Below, piece after piece: positions 1 through 11,700 of a DNA stretch of 64,000 bases (the first letter of the stretch is position 1; each line of letters opens with the position of its first letter). Origin of the DNA: Macrostomum lignano (lineage: Eukaryota); contig NIVC01003609.1 of assembly GCA_002269645.1 (NCBI GenBank), positions 1-64,000 on the forward strand. The letters are read 5' to 3'. The position numbers and the translations under genes are program-made. The notes under the pieces are model-generated. The model searched no databases, was not told the DNA's origin, and saw only the letters and a list, made by a program, of their open reading frames with translations.

Positions 1-3000
1 AGGGCTGGGCACGCCACCTGCGCCTTAGAGTGTCCAGCAAAAGACAAGACCTGCTTGCACTGATGCCACAAGGTCTGACACTTCAAAGCTTGCTGCCAAT
101 AGCGACGCTAGGTTTGCGCCATAAAGGACGAAGACAACGAGCCATTTGTATGAATATGAAGTGTTGCTCCTTAACTCCACAACGTGCAGCATTGCTGACA
201 TCGACGTCAGGCTCCTATTGGACATGGGCTCAAGAGTCAACATCATTAATGAGAAGACTATGAAATGCCTACCAAAGCAACCTGTCATCACACTGACTCT
301 GAAGCAGCTGTTCTTGTACAGAGGCTCCGCAATTGACGTGCTCGAGACTGCAGAGCTGTGCGTTGTGCACTGCGGCAAGTCCGCCATCTGCCGCTTCTTC
401 ATCGCTGAACAAGGTGCCAACATCCTCAGTCTCATATAGACAAGCTGGGATTCTCAATCTGAGCCAATGCAATCAGCAGCATCCATTACATCGCTGGAGA
501 GTTCCCAGGAATCTTTGATGGCATTGGTATGGCCAAGAAGTTTTGCCATCGACCATAGCTGCGCCAGGATGCGACACCGACAGTTGAGCCACTGCGCCGA
601 ATGCCGCTGGCATTTCAGGACCGCGTGAAGGACAAGCTAAGCAAGATGGAGGCTGCAGGTGTCATCGAGAAGACTGATGCCTCTCTCTGGGTTTCCAATC
701 TAGTTGTATCCAAGAATGGCGACCTGCAACTATGCATTGATCTGCACAACTGTAACCAAGGGATAAGTTTCCCATGCCAACCCAGGAGGAGCTGGCCGCA
801 GAGTTTGCAGGTGCACAGATCTTCAGCAAGCTAGACCTGAAGTCAGAGCTACCTGCAGATCCCACTGCACCCCAGCAGTAGGCAGCTGACTGCATTCATC
901 ACTCACTGTGGGCTTTACCAGTTCATGAGGGTTCCATTTGACATGTCCAATTCCACAGTGCCTGTTTCTAGAAAATCCTGTCAACCATTCTTGCCAACAT
1001 CAAGGGTGTCTGGCACTTAGTGGACAACATCGTCATTCACGGCGTCAACTCTGATGAGCATGGCAAGCAGCTTCAGGCAGTACTTGAACATCTTAGTGAA
1101 AATGGGCTGACACTGAACAAGGAGAAATGCCAGATGCCAGAAATTGTGTTCTTGGGCTACAGGATCTCAGCCAATGGAGTTCGACCATCCAAGTCTAACA
1201 TTGAAGACGTGCTCTGCATCCCAGCACTGATGACAGCATGGGGCATCTTGTCATTCCTGTCAACCGTCAACTACTTTGCCAAGTTCATACCCAACTTCGC
1301 TAAGACAGTGAGACCACTGCGAAAGCTGCTCAAGAAGGACACTGTCTTCCACTAGACGAGTGAGTGGGATGCTGCTTTTGCCAAACTCAAGCAACAGCTG
1401 ACGAGTCTGCTGGTGCTAAGCCATTTTGAATGCAATGCTGACACAATTGTTGAGTGCAATGCATCTGACTTTGCGCTTGGTGCGGTGCTGCTTCAACGCA
1501 TAGGCAAGTCAGAGAAGCCGGTGGCCTACGCCTCGCAAGCACTGACACCAACAGAGTCCAGATACTCAGCTAGCAAGAAAAAGGCCCTGGTGTGTATCTG
1601 GGCTCTCAAGCGCTGGCACATCTACACCTACGGCAGATGGCTGACTTTGCACACCATGGCTCCCAAGGCACTGCTGTGTACCCAAGGCACTGGGCACAAG
1701 CCGCTGCGGATCCACCAATGGAATGACTGGCTCCTGCAGTACAACTTCAGCATTGAGTATAAGCCTAGAAAGGACAATGTTGTGCCAGACTTCCTGCCCC
1801 ATTTCGAGCAACCACCCAAGTTGACAGACAGCAACGATAATGACGACAAGATCACCGACATCCACCAGGTGCTAGACGGGATTCTATTGGCCGAGCTGCT
1901 GGACAGGCACTTGCAGCCTGATCCACTCATTTGCAGTGTCTCCACAAAGCTTCAAGCAAACTGGAAGGAGCCACTAACAGATGAGGAGAAAATCTTCAAG
2001 CTCTAAGACGAGATGTCAATGGTTGGCAACTTCCTGGTTTGCGGCAACTGTGCGGTTGTGCCCAAGAGTCTATGCACCACTGCACTAGCGCTGATCCACT
2101 AGGGACATTGTGGCATTGTCAAGATGAAGCACTGAGCTCGCGATACGGTCTGGTAGCCAGGAATCGACACCCAACTGGAGGATCTGGCCAAGTCCTGCGT
2201 CAGCTGCTGCCTAGCAGAGAAGTGGAAGCGACCCGCTGCTCCATTGCAGACAACTGAGTGGACCAAAGAGCTGTTTAGCTAGATTTAGCTGGACATCTTT
2301 GGCAAGATCCACGAAGCACCAGCCAGCAGCCAATTTGCAATTGTTGCCATTGACCTACACTCCAAGTGGCCAGAGATTTGGACTATGGCTTCAATGACGA
2401 CCAAGGTCATCGCCAACTTCCTCAAGGACCTGTTTGCTTGATGGGACTTCCAGGCAAGATCATGACTGACAACGGACCACAGTTCACCAGCTACGCCTTC
2501 AAGGAGTTTCTAGTCAGCTACTGTGTGCAGCATGCGAGGACCTTGCTGTACTATTAGCAGTCAAACTCAAATGTTGAGTGCCTCAACTGCACCCTGAAGG
2601 AGTCGCTAAAGCGCAACTCAAGGATGGCATCAGCTTCAAGGAAGCAATCTGCAAGGCAATGCTACCGGTTGATAGCAAATGCAACCACGGGCCACTAGCT
2701 TAGGTTTGGCCATTTCAAGGACCTCTGAGCCAGTGGAACCGAGGCATCCACCCCCTGATTCCAACGGTGCCATCAGAGACCGAGCATCGAGGCCAGGCCA
2801 ACAAGGAGAAAGCTAGGCTGGCTACCGACCGGTGCTGAGGAGCCCGACCACTGCAGACTGGCAACTCTGTGCACATCTGCAGGCCACAGAGGGCCAACAA
2901 GCTGGCAACAAGGCTTGGCGAGACTCGAATGATTCCCCCGTGGCTGGGCCTGGAATCCTGGCAGCTAGACAGTGGCACGCGATGGCACTCTGACAATCTG

Positions 3001-3277
3001 GTTCACGTTCCGAATACACTATCAGTGGATAGCCACACAACTGATGCCAGACTTGTGCTCTGATGGCGCCAACACCGGTGCCAGTGCTAGTGCCGCTGGC
3101 AAGGGCGCCAACAAAAAGACGCCGCCAACTCCGCCAAGACAAAGCAGTTGAACCAGAAGAGCTCCGGTCCAGTTCAGCATGAGTTGATTTGGGAACTGAA
3201 TAACTTTTGACTGTGCGCACTCTATGGACTGTTGTGTTCCCCATGCATTGCTTTTGTTTGATTTTTGAGGGGGGTGA
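1..3277 (+). mobile_element. Decayed Ty3/Gypsy LTR retrotransposon internal region (gag zinc knuckle, protease, RT, RNase H, integrase), 5'-truncated by the window edge
   Basis: Knuckle CPAKDKTC..CHK..HF at about 25-95; protease-like LLLDMGSRVNII (146-439); RT motifs DLQLCIDL, DNIVIHG, IVFLGYRISANG (601-1355); RNase H CNASDFALGAVLLQ...KRWHIY (1413-2006); integrase TDNGPQFTS..F..FL (about 2300-2620). Many stops and frameshifts. The PR-RT-RH-IN order is Gypsy-type; Mag-like clade is inference. Confidence 0.93.
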
Positions 3278-3513
3278 TGTTGTGTATGCGGCTTGTATGC
3301 CGGTTAGGGTTCTTGCATTTTGATTGGCTGGGGGGGGGGGGTTTGTCTGTCTGCCCAGACTAGCCTAGGCTAGGTGGGGGTTTGCTGAATCATGCTGGTT
3401 AGTAGGTAAATTTTAATATAAGTGTGCACCAGCCTTTCAAGCCTTTGTTACTTTTCTACCCTGCAATTGCTTCTTGAATTGTAATTCATTTGGCCACGCT
3501 GCCTCAAAGTACA
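3278..3513 (+). mobile_element. Putative 3' LTR of the Gypsy element (about 236 bp, TGT...ACA)
   Basis: Polypurine tract gaggggggtga (3267-3277) directly followed by TGTTGTG. The ACA end at 3511-3513 is inferred because the 5' LTR is outside the window. Confidence 0.6.
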
Positions 3514-4424
3514 AGTTCCTCTCAATTGCAACTTAATTTTCATTTTGTATTTGACTTTTCTTGCCTTTTTTCTATTTTTCTCTTTTTGTTTCTCTCTCCT
3601 CTTTTTCCTCTATCTTTTTTTTCCTTTTTTCTTTTCTTTTCCTCTCCTTTTTTTCTCCCATTTTTTGTATTTTCAATTTTGCAACTTACCTTGGCTAGTA
3701 GCCATTTTACCTCTCTAGTTTGGATGGGTCAGATGGGTATTAGGCATGTATGTATATTGCAGACTTTTGTAATATATAATATCTAGTGTATAATGCAAAA
3801 GGTTGATTAGGCCCCTAAGAATGAAAAAAGCTATTAATAGTATTTATTGTAGCTATTTCTATAATAACTTTTTTTATTTTATTTATTACTCCATATTAAA
3901 CTTGTCTTTTTTATTAGTTTATATCATAGAAAAGCCCTAGATTAATTTTTCAAAGCATTTTAAAAAAGATTATATAATTTGTTATTATCTTTACAAAAAT
4001 TTGGCTTAATATTAGTTTAATTAACTTTTTATTAAAGTTTTTCTATTAAAATTTTGTGTTTTTAATGATAAAATATTTTTTATTTTATATAACTTTTTTA
4101 AAACAATTATTAGAGCCTATTCATTCAAAAATTGATCAATAAACCAAAGGGTGAAAGGTCTAGTATTGCCATTAAAACTGGGTCTACTTTTTTAGTACTT
4201 TTGTTTATTATATTACTTGGTTGGGGCTTACAAAAGTGACTAGGTCTAGGCCCCTATCATAATTTTAGGGGCCTAATAGTAATAATAATCACAGAAATTA
4301 TTACTTATTATTACTTTAATTATTTAGTCACAAAAATCAAATATGATAATAGGCCTAATCTGCACAATAGATACATCCATTAAGACCTAATAGATAGGCC
4401 TAGCCTAGGCCTAGTAGAAATATA

Positions 4425-4536
4425 GGTTATCTTCAAGTTTCGTTCGTTTAATTCCAACACCCACCCCCCACCACCCTTGAATAGAGGGCAAAAATAATTC
4501 CGGAAATAATTAAACGAACGAAACTTGAAGATTGCC
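4425..4536. mobile_element. 112-bp MITE with GG...CC termini and 8-bp TSD (Merlin-like)
   Basis: Perfect 25-bp inverted repeat (4429-4453 / 4508-4532); gaaatata flanks both sides (4417-4424, 4537-4544). Confidence 0.7.
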
Positions 4537-4963
4537 GAAATATATAATATGTAATTTTACCTATTTATAATGCCTTAGAACAATAAAAACATACAAGTTT
4601 TTGGACCCTACAAAGCCTAATGGCCTCAAAATTCCAACATAGAACTTTTCCCACTAGGCACATACACATAAAAAAAGAGGATAATCACAGACCTTACAAA
4701 AATTTAAGAAAGTAGAAGAGATCAATAAAATATGTTATTGTTAAGTTAACACTTTACCTCCTACCTATAAATTAAAATAGGCCTAAAGTATTTTTGTCAA
4801 ATTTGTGGTAGTTGGCACTGCATTGTTGGCACTGAGTCCCACTGGCATTTTCATTACTTTGCAAGTTTGCCCCTCCTGACCCTAGCCAAGCCAATGCTCG
4901 TTACTCCTACGTCTCCTATCAGCATCAATCGTTATTAACAGTTAGTCGGGTCGGGGCAGGGCC

Positions 4964-4971
4964 TATAAATA
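4964..4971 (+). promoter_or_regulatory. Candidate TATA box for the plastin gene
   Basis: TATAAATA after a GC-rich stretch, Inr-like tcaga about 20 nt downstream, about 750 bp upstream of the ATG. Motif match only. Confidence 0.3.
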
Positions 4972-5717
4972 GATCGCTGTCCATCTTCAGAGATTAGGCA
5001 AGCGCGGCTAATCCGCATCGCATCGCGCATATGCCTAGCATAAGCATGATAAGTTTCCTTTCCTTCTGTCGTCATCGTGTCAGAATCAGAGTATTTAAGA
5101 TTTTGGCAATTAATATATTTTACTGACCAATCAGAGTTCCACTATTACACAACCACCATAGTCGCAAGCTTCCCTTTCAATTAATAAGGTGGTGTAGGTG
5201 ACTATGCCCCCCTGATTCACCGGTATTCCACTCACGAAGTTGTGCAATGCATGCAGTTCGCAAGAGCGCGTGTCCGACTTGAATTTTTTTCTGCGAAACT
5301 ACCATTTATTAAAACATCAGAAACAAATAACTGTACTTATATCTGATAAAAAGAAAAGTTTAAAAACTTTGTGTTCTTTTTCATTTTATTCACATTAACT
5401 TTGTAAAATATTTTATGGTTATTTTAGAAATTTTCTATTGGGTGTGACACTTCTCTTTCAAAAATTCAACGTGGGTTTTTTGAACATTTATTAAGTCTGT
5501 AGACAAGCCCATGGATGATTACAGATACTGAAACTAAAATAGTGAAGAAGACTCTTTACTAGGAAAAAGGCTGTAGGCCTATTTAAATTTTTTGCTTTTT
5601 AAACTCAACCGCTAATAGTTTTAAGAGAAACGATCCAAGAGTTAATATATTCTATCCTAACTTGTATGCTATTCATTATTTATTTTATTAATAATTTAAA
5701 GCATCTGAAATCTTAAA

Positions 5718-5783
5718 ATGACAAGTAATGTCAGTGACTTGCTTCCGGAGCAAATGGATGAATTGGTTGCTACTTTTGAAACT
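5718..5783 (+). CDS. PLS3: Plastin exon 1 ([22 protein letters not shown])
   Basis: ATG in aaaATG context, gtaagt donor at 5784; phase 0 joins LDSNGNG to complete EF-hand 1. Confidence 0.8.
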
Positions 5784-8700
5784 GTAAGTTCAAGATTTTC
5801 TGTGTTGTCTCATTTATTACATTTTTATAAATAGACCTACTAGCACAATACTACTTTCTACTTATATAACTAAAAAGGCAAGCATGTAAGTGGCTATCAA
5901 AAATGCTTAATAAATTGCATTGTTTAGCTCCTTTACTTGGTTATGTTCATGTTCATCTTTATTAATTTGTTATTTTCATATGTACTGTCTTATTTTGAAA
6001 CTTAGTTTCTAGATAAAATTTAACTTACCAAGATTATGAAATTAGCCATATAATGACCTACCCGAAGCTTTACAAAAAAAAATTTTGTTTACTTATATAT
6101 TTATTTATCTTTAGTCATATTATTACACTCTGCTCATAAACGCTTTGAATTTTGTATAATCTTATTGATTCTTTTAGTACAATGGTATTAGTCAATGTAT
6201 TATATTAGCTTTTCCATTTAATTGAGTTTGTTTCGTCCATTTTTTATTTATCCTGTGCAGGGGCGTCGCCACCAGGGAGACAGGGGGACATGTGTCCCAA
6301 GTAAAATCTATGGGAGGACATGCCAATGCTTTGTCCCCCCAAACCATCTTTGTTGACCTGTTATAGAAATCAATACATTTTCTTCAGTCCATCAAAACAT
6401 AAATTGGTACGTGTGGCGCTAAAATGAATGCCTGCGACACTAAAATGGTCCCTGCATCGCTAAAATGAATGCTGGCGGCGCTAAAATGAGTCCCTGTGGC
6501 GCCAAAATGAGTGCCTGCGGCGCCAAAATGATCCCTGCGACGTCAAAATGAGTGCCTGCGGCGCTAAAATAATCGCTGGCAACACCAATTCTGAAAAAAA
6601 ATGTGCATGTACTCGTAAAATTCCTGGCTTTGTCCACGCACCATGAAATCCATGGCGATGTGCCCAATCCTGTGTTTTTCAAATGTGCTTTCAAGAAACG
6701 GTCATACATTCGTGCGATGTCCAGTTTATTTTGATCGAATGCCTTTTTTTCTATCAAATATCAAATGGGCTTTAGTATAAAATCACTGCGAAAAAAATTC
6801 TAAAATGTTAAACTGCTCAAAATAGCACCAAGTGACCTTTAAGCTCAATTTCGTTCAATTCACGAGACTTTAGCTATATAAAAGGCTTGTCGTCGAACAA
6901 TTGTTTGATTTATTGGTTATTCCAGTGTTGATAACAGTGCCTAGGCTGCTAAAGAAAGACCAAGCTCATAATCCCCTATAGGTGTAACAGTAAGGAATAA
7001 TCTAAGTCATTAATAAGTGTAAAGATAAAGAAGATAGAGAGGATTTTTCCCTTCTCTATACTTTCTTTACCTCGCCGTCTAAGCTTACAAGTTTTCTTCC
7101 AAATGTGGCAATCAATTCTAGACGGCTGAGCAGTGTGCGGATTGATCAATACATATATATACAGTGACCTGCGCGCGTCATATTCAACTCTTTAAGTTTA
7201 ACCCAGCCCGAGCATTGCTGCCAGTTAGCTTATAGTTACTCTCTTCACTGAGTGAAAGCTTGGCTGGCTGAAGCAGTGTTAATATATTATATAGGCTTAT
7301 ATGCTGTGTACTAAGGGAGATCGAGGGTCTTCTCATGGGATATCTGGCCAGTGTTCTCTCGCTGTTTGGGCGGCTCTATCTGTGAATTGGCTGACTGTAT
7401 AGGCTAAGCCTATTGAAGCATTGTCTTTCTTTGCAAGCGATCTATATACTGTATACTTAACGAACGGGGTTTATTGATCCAACCAATCGCTATTGGATTA
7501 TATAAGGTTGCAGTTCGGTGCTGCATATCTTGAAAGTTTAATGCAATATTTTATTACCCATAATTTGTACTTTTCTTCATAGCCTCGGCTATGCACTTTG
7601 CTGTGATGCTCTGTTATGGTCATCAATAACATTAGGCATTATATTGTCAGAAAGAGATCGATAAGAATTAGAGTCCGGGCTGAGTGGGTAAGAGAGTCAG
7701 AAAGTGAGAAGGAGAGTCTGACAGGGAAAAAGGAAATTCAGACAGAAAGAGATTCAGTCAGTCGAAAAAAGAGTCAGACAGTCGAAAATAGAGTCAGACA
7801 GTCGAAAATAGAGTCAGACAGTGAGAAAGAGAGTCAGATAGTGAGAAAGCGAGTCAGACAGTGAGAGAGTCAGACAGTGAGAAAGAGAGATTCAGACAAT
7901 GAGAAAGAGAGAGTCAGACAGTGAGAAAGAGAGATTCAGACAATGAGAAAGAGAGAGTCAGACAGTGAGAAAGAGAGATTCAGACAATGAGAAAGAGAGA
8001 TTCAGACAGTGAGAGAGTCAGACATTGAGAAAGAGAGAGTCAGACAGTGAGAAATAGAGAGTCAGACAGTGAGAAAGAGGGAGTCAGACAGTGAGAAAGT
8101 GAGAGTCAAACAGTGAGAAAGAGAGAGTCAGACAGTGAGAAATAGAGAGTCAGACAGTGAGAAAGAGGGAGTCAGACAGTGAGAAAGTGAGAGTCAAACA
8201 GTGAGAAAGCGAGAGTCAGACAGTGAGAAATAGAGAGTCAGACAGTGAGAAAGAGAGAGTCAGACAGGGAGAAAGTGAGAGTCAGACAGTGAGAAAGAGA
8301 TAATCATACTCGTGAAGAGAGGGGTACAGAGAATCGGATCAGGCAGTGGGACAGGGAGGGAAGTTATGATGTCACCCAGCCTCCAATAAGCTTCATCAGC
8401 TACAGGGATAATAGGCAGCCGACATGAATCCCCTCCTGCCTCGCAGCTGGACAGTAACGGCAACGGTGTGATCGAGTTCGAAGAGCTGCAAACAGCTCTG
8501 GAGATCTGCGGCTTCAAGATGGCCGCTATCAGGTGCGCGATCTCGCTGAGAAATACGACGTCAAACAGCGCGACGGCATGATCGATTTTGAAGAGTTCCG
8601 CGCCCTGTACCGTGAACTGCGCCAGTCAGACTTTGGTTCGAATCTGCACCGGATGGTGAAATCTCGAAGCGATTTGATGACGCACGGCTCCAAGACTGGG

Positions 8701-11700
8701 TCGAACGATGTGAAGCATTCGGTTCGGCTGGAGGAGCAGGTGGCCTTCGCCGATTGGCTCAACAAGAACCTGGCGGCAGACGAAGACTGTCAGAGGTATC
8801 TGCCGTTTGAAGAGGACGGCTCGGATTTGTATAAAAAATGCGACGATGGCATCATACTGTGGTGAGCTGGAAGCCTGGGGCTTATAATAGTAATAATATT
8901 ATTTAATCACATGATCTGCATCAAACATGCGCAACCGCTGGCCGACCTGGCCGATCCGGCCACCATAAATTGTGGTGGACCAGGAGTTAGTCACAAAAAT
9001 GCCCACCAAAAATACAACCGTAGTACTAATTAGATGACGAGGCACTTAGCCTTAATAAGACAGTTATAGTGATTCTTGCCGTTTACTCAAAATTGCGTTA
9101 ATTTTTGCTTTAGGGTTTCTATCACAGGTTGTTGGTGTTTTTTGGTGTAAATCAGGGGGGGGGGGTTGCACATGTATAACATGCATCTTCCCCCAACCAA
9201 TCAGAGTTGAGCCAGTTCTGGCCATTCCGCTGACTCCTGAGCACACTGAGCACCTGAGGCACTCATACTCACGCTCACACATGTACAGTCTCTGTGCCTT
9301 GGGGGTTGGCAATCAGGGGTTGGCAAACATTTTTATCTCAATGGCGAGATAGAGAATCTAGCTCAGGGCTGCGGGCTAGAGAGGAGAGAGGAGACGGGAG
9401 AGAGATAGGAAAATGGAGAGGCGAGGGAATAAATGAGAAGAGATAGGGACGAAATAGAAAAGGAGAGAGGAGAGTAGAAAGGAGGAGAGAGGAAAGTAGC
9501 GAAGAAGAGGAGAGGGGAGAGAAGGGAGGAGAGAGGAGAGAAAGGAGGAGAGAGGAGAGTAGGGAGGAGAGGAGGGAGGAGAGAAAGGAGAGAGGAGAGG
9601 AGAGTAGGGAGGAGAGAAGGGAGGAGAGAAAGGAGGAGAGAGGAGAGGAGAGAAGGGAGGAGAGAGGAGAAGGCTGGATTGTCACCCCTACTCAAAATTA
9701 AAGTGGCCCGCACAGGGATGAATCGTTAATAAAAAGGCAACTATATTGGGTTTCTATTTACAACTCGCTGTAAAAGCTTACGCCTAGCTGTCTAACATAA
9801 TGAAATCTACTTCTAGTACAGTATTGAGTCGTAGAAAGATACATAAATGGCATGCATGTTTCTCTGTGAGTTTGTGCGAGACTGCCTTAGGCTGCTGTCA
9901 TAGTCTTATCTGCACATGTGTATAGTTTGCTGATAAGCTATTGCAAATTTCTATTTCTGAGCTTGCATTTGATGCTTGACGTGAGGTGAGGTGGGTTTGA
10001 CTCTGCGTCAGCTTTGAGTTCGGATTTTTTCTTTCTAGACTAAAGATTTCAAATTGAGAAGCCTTCTTTTCTGTTAGTTTCTTCAAGTCTAAGAAAGACA
10101 ACTTCTTATCAAACGAAGTTCAGCTTCTTGTTTAACTGTGCAATGAACTTTGCAAAATTATAGCGTTTTGCATTCATTATGCTGGATCGTTATCGCGTTC
10201 ACTGAAGCTTTTACTGCGCAGTATGATAATTACAATAATTTGTCCTTTAAACAGAAACAGAATGGATAAAAATATGGATCTAAAAGCAGTTTATTGAGCT
10301 CTGCTCAGTCGTATCAGGGTGAACTGCGAAAAGCCTTTAAAATGTGTGGCAGTAAATTTGGTTTACGACATTTCAGGGCTCCTGTGACACTTTGGTGACG
10401 CTCAGGGGGGGGGGGGTTGAGACTTTGGGCGTTGTGAAACTTGTGTAATTAGTGACACTCAGAGAATTGTGACACTCAGGGAGTTGTGACACTCAGGGAA
10501 TTGTGAAACCCAGGGAATTGAGACACTTAGGGAATTGACACACTCGGGGAATTGTGACACTCAAGAAATTGTGACACTTAGCAAATAGTGACACTCGGGA
10601 ATTCTGACACTCAAAGAATTGTGACACTCAGGTAATTGTGACACTCGGGGAATTCTGACACTCATAATTGTGACACTCAGGGAGTTGTGACACTCAGGGA
10701 ATTGTGAAACCCAGGGAATTGAGACACTCGGGGAATTGTGACACTCAGGGAATTTTGACACACAGGGAATTGTGAAACCCAGGTAATTGTGACACTCAGG
10801 GAATTGTGACACTTAGCAAATAGTGACACTCGGGAATTCTGACACTCAAAGAATTGTGACACTCAGGTAATTGTGACACTCGGGGAATTCTGACACTCGG
10901 GGAATTCTGACACTCAGGGAATTTTGACACTCAGGGAATTGTGAAACCCAGGTAATTGTGACACTCAGGGAATTGTGACACTCAGGGAATTGTGAAACCC
11001 AGGTAATTGTGACACTCAGGGAATTTTGACACTCAGGGAATTGTGAAACCCAGGTAATTGTGACACTCAGGAATTTTGACACACAGGGAATTGTGAAACC
11101 CAGGTAATTGTGACACTCAGGGAATTTTGACACTCAGGGAATTGTGAAACCCAGGTAATTGTGACACTCAGGAATTTTGACACACAGGGAATTGTGAAAC
11201 CCAGGTAATTGTGACACTTAGCAAATAGTGACACTCGGCCGGGGAATTCTGACACTCGGGGAATTGTGACACTCAGGGAATTGTGACACTCAGGGAATTG
11301 TGACACTCAGGGAATTGTGACACTCAGGGAATTGTGACACTCAGGGAATTCTGACACTTAGGGAATTGACACACTCGGGAATTGTGACACTCAAGAAATT
11401 GTGACACTTAGCAAATAGTGACACTCGGGGAATTCTGACACTCAAAGAATTGTGACACTCAGGTAATTGTGACACTCGGGGAATTCTGACACTCAGAATT
11501 GTGACACTCAGGGAGTTGTGACACTCAGGGAATTGTGAAACCCAGGGAATTGAGACACTCGGGGAATTGTGACACTCAGGGAATTTTGACACACAGGGAA
11601 TTGTGAAACCCAGGTAATTGTGACACTCAGGAATTGTGACACTTAGCAAATAGTGACACTCGGGAATTCTGACACTCAAAGAATTGTGACACTCAGGTAA

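Noticed and set aside
7335-7385. ATG GGA (MG...) start as an alternative, myristoylated plastin first exon
   Set aside because: The nearest donor gives phase 2 whereas exon 2 needs phase 0, and the frame stops immediately after.
8519-8535. Programmed ribosomal frameshifting in plastin
   Set aside because: No slippery heptamer or stimulatory structure; a single missing G explains it more simply.
9314-9690. hAT-like end caggggttggcaaac around the GA-rich repeat
   Set aside because: The right end is too degenerate and no 8-bp TSD was found.
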